Assembly: GCF_009914755.1 (NCBI RefSeq)
Contig: NC_060934.1
DNA: 64,000 nt
Origin: the human T2T-CHM13v2.0 reference genome, Homo sapiens
Strand: one strand, 5' to 3'
The notes beneath the pieces were generated by a model. That model was not told the origin of the DNA and did not search any database. It saw only the letters and a program-made list of their open reading frames with translations. The translations under genes were made by a program, and so were the position numbers. Below, piece by piece: positions 62,208 to 64,000 of this stretch (position 1 is the first letter of the stretch; every line of letters starts with the position of its first letter).

Positions 62208-63050
62208 AGCCTGAGCGACGCAGAAGACGGGTGATTTCTGCATTTCCATCTGAGGTACCGGGTTCATCTCACTAGGGAGTGCCAGACAGTGGGTGCAGGT
62301 CAGTGGGTGCGCGCACCGTGCACGACCCGAAGCAGGGCGAGGCATTGCCTCACTTGGGAAGCGCAAGGGGTCAGGGAGTTCCCTGTCCTAATCAAAGAAA
62401 GGGGTGATGGACGGCACCTGGTCACTCCCACCCGAATACTGCGCTTTTCCGACGGGCTTAAAAAACTGCGCACAACAAGATTATATCCCGCACCTGGCTC
62501 AGAGGGTCCTACGTGCACGGAGTCTCGCTGATTGCTAGCACAGCAGTCTGAGATCAAACTGCAAGGCGGCAGCGAAGCTGGGGGAGGGGCGCCCACCATT
62601 GCCCAGGCTTGCTTAGGTAAACAAAGCAGCCGAGAAGCTCGAACTGGGTGGAGCCCACCACAGCTCAAGGAGGCCTGCCTGCCTCTGTAGGCTCCACCTC
62701 TGGGCGCAGGGCACAGACAAACAAAAAGACAGTAGTAACCTCTGCAGACTTAAATGTCCCTGTCTGACAGCTTTGAAGAGAGCAGTGGTTCTCCCAGTAC
62801 CCAGCTGGAGATCTGAGAACGGGCAGACTGCCTCCTCAAGTGGGTCCCTGACCCCTGATCCCTGAGCAGCCTAACTGGGAGGCACCCCCCAGCAGGGGCA
62901 CACTGACACCTCACACTGCAGGGTACTCCAACAGACCTGCAGCTGAGGGTCCTGTTAGAAGGAAAACTAACAAACAGAAAGGACATCCACACCAAAAACC
63001 TATCTGTACATCACCATCATCAAAGACCAAAAGTAGATAAAACCACAAAG
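62208..63050 (+). promoter_or_regulatory. L1 5'UTR sense/antisense promoter (CpG-rich), YY1 site missing
   Basis: Begins at agcctgagcgacgcagaag, downstream of the CCAAGATGGCC YY1 motif. Confidence 0.8.
62300..62599 (-). CDS. ORF0: L1 ORF0 (open, 99 aa)
   Basis: MVGAPPPASLPPCSLISDCCASNQRDSV... is homologous to primate L1 ORF0; expression not shown. Confidence 0.65.
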   Translation of the reverse strand: MVGAPPPASLPPCSLISDCCASNQRDSVHVGPSEPGAGYNLVVRSFLSPSEKRSIRVGVTRCRPSPLSLIRTGNSLTPCASQVRQCLALLRVVHGARTH

Positions 63051-64000
63051 ATGGGGAAAAAACAGAACAGAAAAACTGGAAACTCTAAAAAGCAGAGCGC
63101 CTCTCCTCCTCCAAAGGAACGCAGCTCCTCACCAGCAACGGAACAAAGCTGGGCGGAGAATGACTTTGACGAGCTGAGAGAAGAAGGCTTCAGACGATCA
63201 AATTACTCTGAGCTACGGGAGGACATTCAAACCAAAGGCAAAGAAGTTTAAAACTTTGAAAAAAATTTCGAAGAATGTATAACTAGAATAACCAATACAG
63301 AGAAGTGCTTAAAGGAGCTGATGGAGCTGAAAACCAAGGCTCGAGAACTACGTGAAGAATGCAGAAGCCTCAGGAGCCGATGCGATCAACTGGAAGAAAG
63401 GGTATCAGCAATGGAAGATGAAATGAATGAAATGAAGCGAGAAGGGAAGTTTAGAGAAAAAAGAATAAAAAGAAACGAGCAAAGCCTCCAAGAAATATGG
63501 GACTATGTGAAAAGACCAAATCTACGTCTGATTGGTGTACCTGAAAGTGATGGGGAGAATGGAACCAAGTTGGAAAACACTCTGCAGGATATTATCCAGG
63601 AGAACTTCCCCAATCTAGCAAGGCAGGCCAACGTTCAGATTCAGGAAATACAGAGAACGCCACAAAGATACTCCTCGAGAAGAGCAACTCCAAGACACAT
63701 AATTGTCAGATTCACCAAAGTTGAAATGAAGGAAAAAATGTTAAGGGCAGCCAGAGAGAAAGGTCGGGTTACCCTCAAAGGGAAGCCCATCAGACTAACA
63801 GTGGATCTCTCGGCAGAAACCCTACAAGCCAGAAGAGAGTGGGGGCCAATATTCAACATTCTTAAAGAAAAGAATTTTCAACCCAGAATTTCATATCCAG
63901 CCAAACTAAGCTTCATAAGTGAAGGAGAAATAAAATACTTTACAGATAAGCAAATGCTGAGATATTTTGTCACCACCAGGCCTGCCCTAAAAGAGCTCCT
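63051..64000 (+). pseudogene. ORF1: L1 ORF1p with premature stop (codon 67 GAA>TAA)
   Basis: MGKKQNRKTGNSK...TKGKEV then TAA at 63249-63251; ORF1 homology continues to the window end. Confidence 0.92.

Larger units (their letters stand above)
62208..64000 (+). mobile_element. Young L1PA2-like LINE; lacks the first ~50 nt and continues past the window
   Basis: CpG-rich L1PA 5'UTR in the 129-bp-deleted form (gggtactcc|aacagacc), followed by ORF1. Confidence 0.93.

Overview
AT-rich primate genomic DNA, probably human or another great ape given an AluYa5-like element and an L1PA2-like element. It looks like a gene desert or large intron. I found no host protein-coding gene, RNA gene or CRISPR array, and the recognisable ORFs in the track are remnants of Alu, L1 or ERV-L. 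The window is mostly transposable elements, including two multi-level nests that can be resolved by target-site duplications (TSDs). Nest 1 (23.1-37.1 kb): an L1MA contains an L1PB carrying ~390 bp of apparent 3'-transduced DNA; the L1PB contains a 5'-deleted HERV-L provirus (gag remnant, pro, RT, RNase H, IN, dUTPase, PPT, MLT2A2 LTR); the provirus contains an AluS. Nest 2 (51.7-61.9 kb): a 5'-inverted (twin-primed) L1MA contains a THE1 LTR and an AluJ; the AluJ is split by a ~6 kb L1MA1/2 that carries a complex fold-back rearrangement. The window ends in a young L1PA2-like element that lacks the YY1 site, has an open ORF0 and has a nonsense mutation in ORF1. I see no evidence of a novel biological system. 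The most interesting signals are retrotransposition and repair footprints and DUX4-type motifs in three LTRs. Subfamily names come from recalled consensus sequences and need Dfam/RepeatMasker confirmation.
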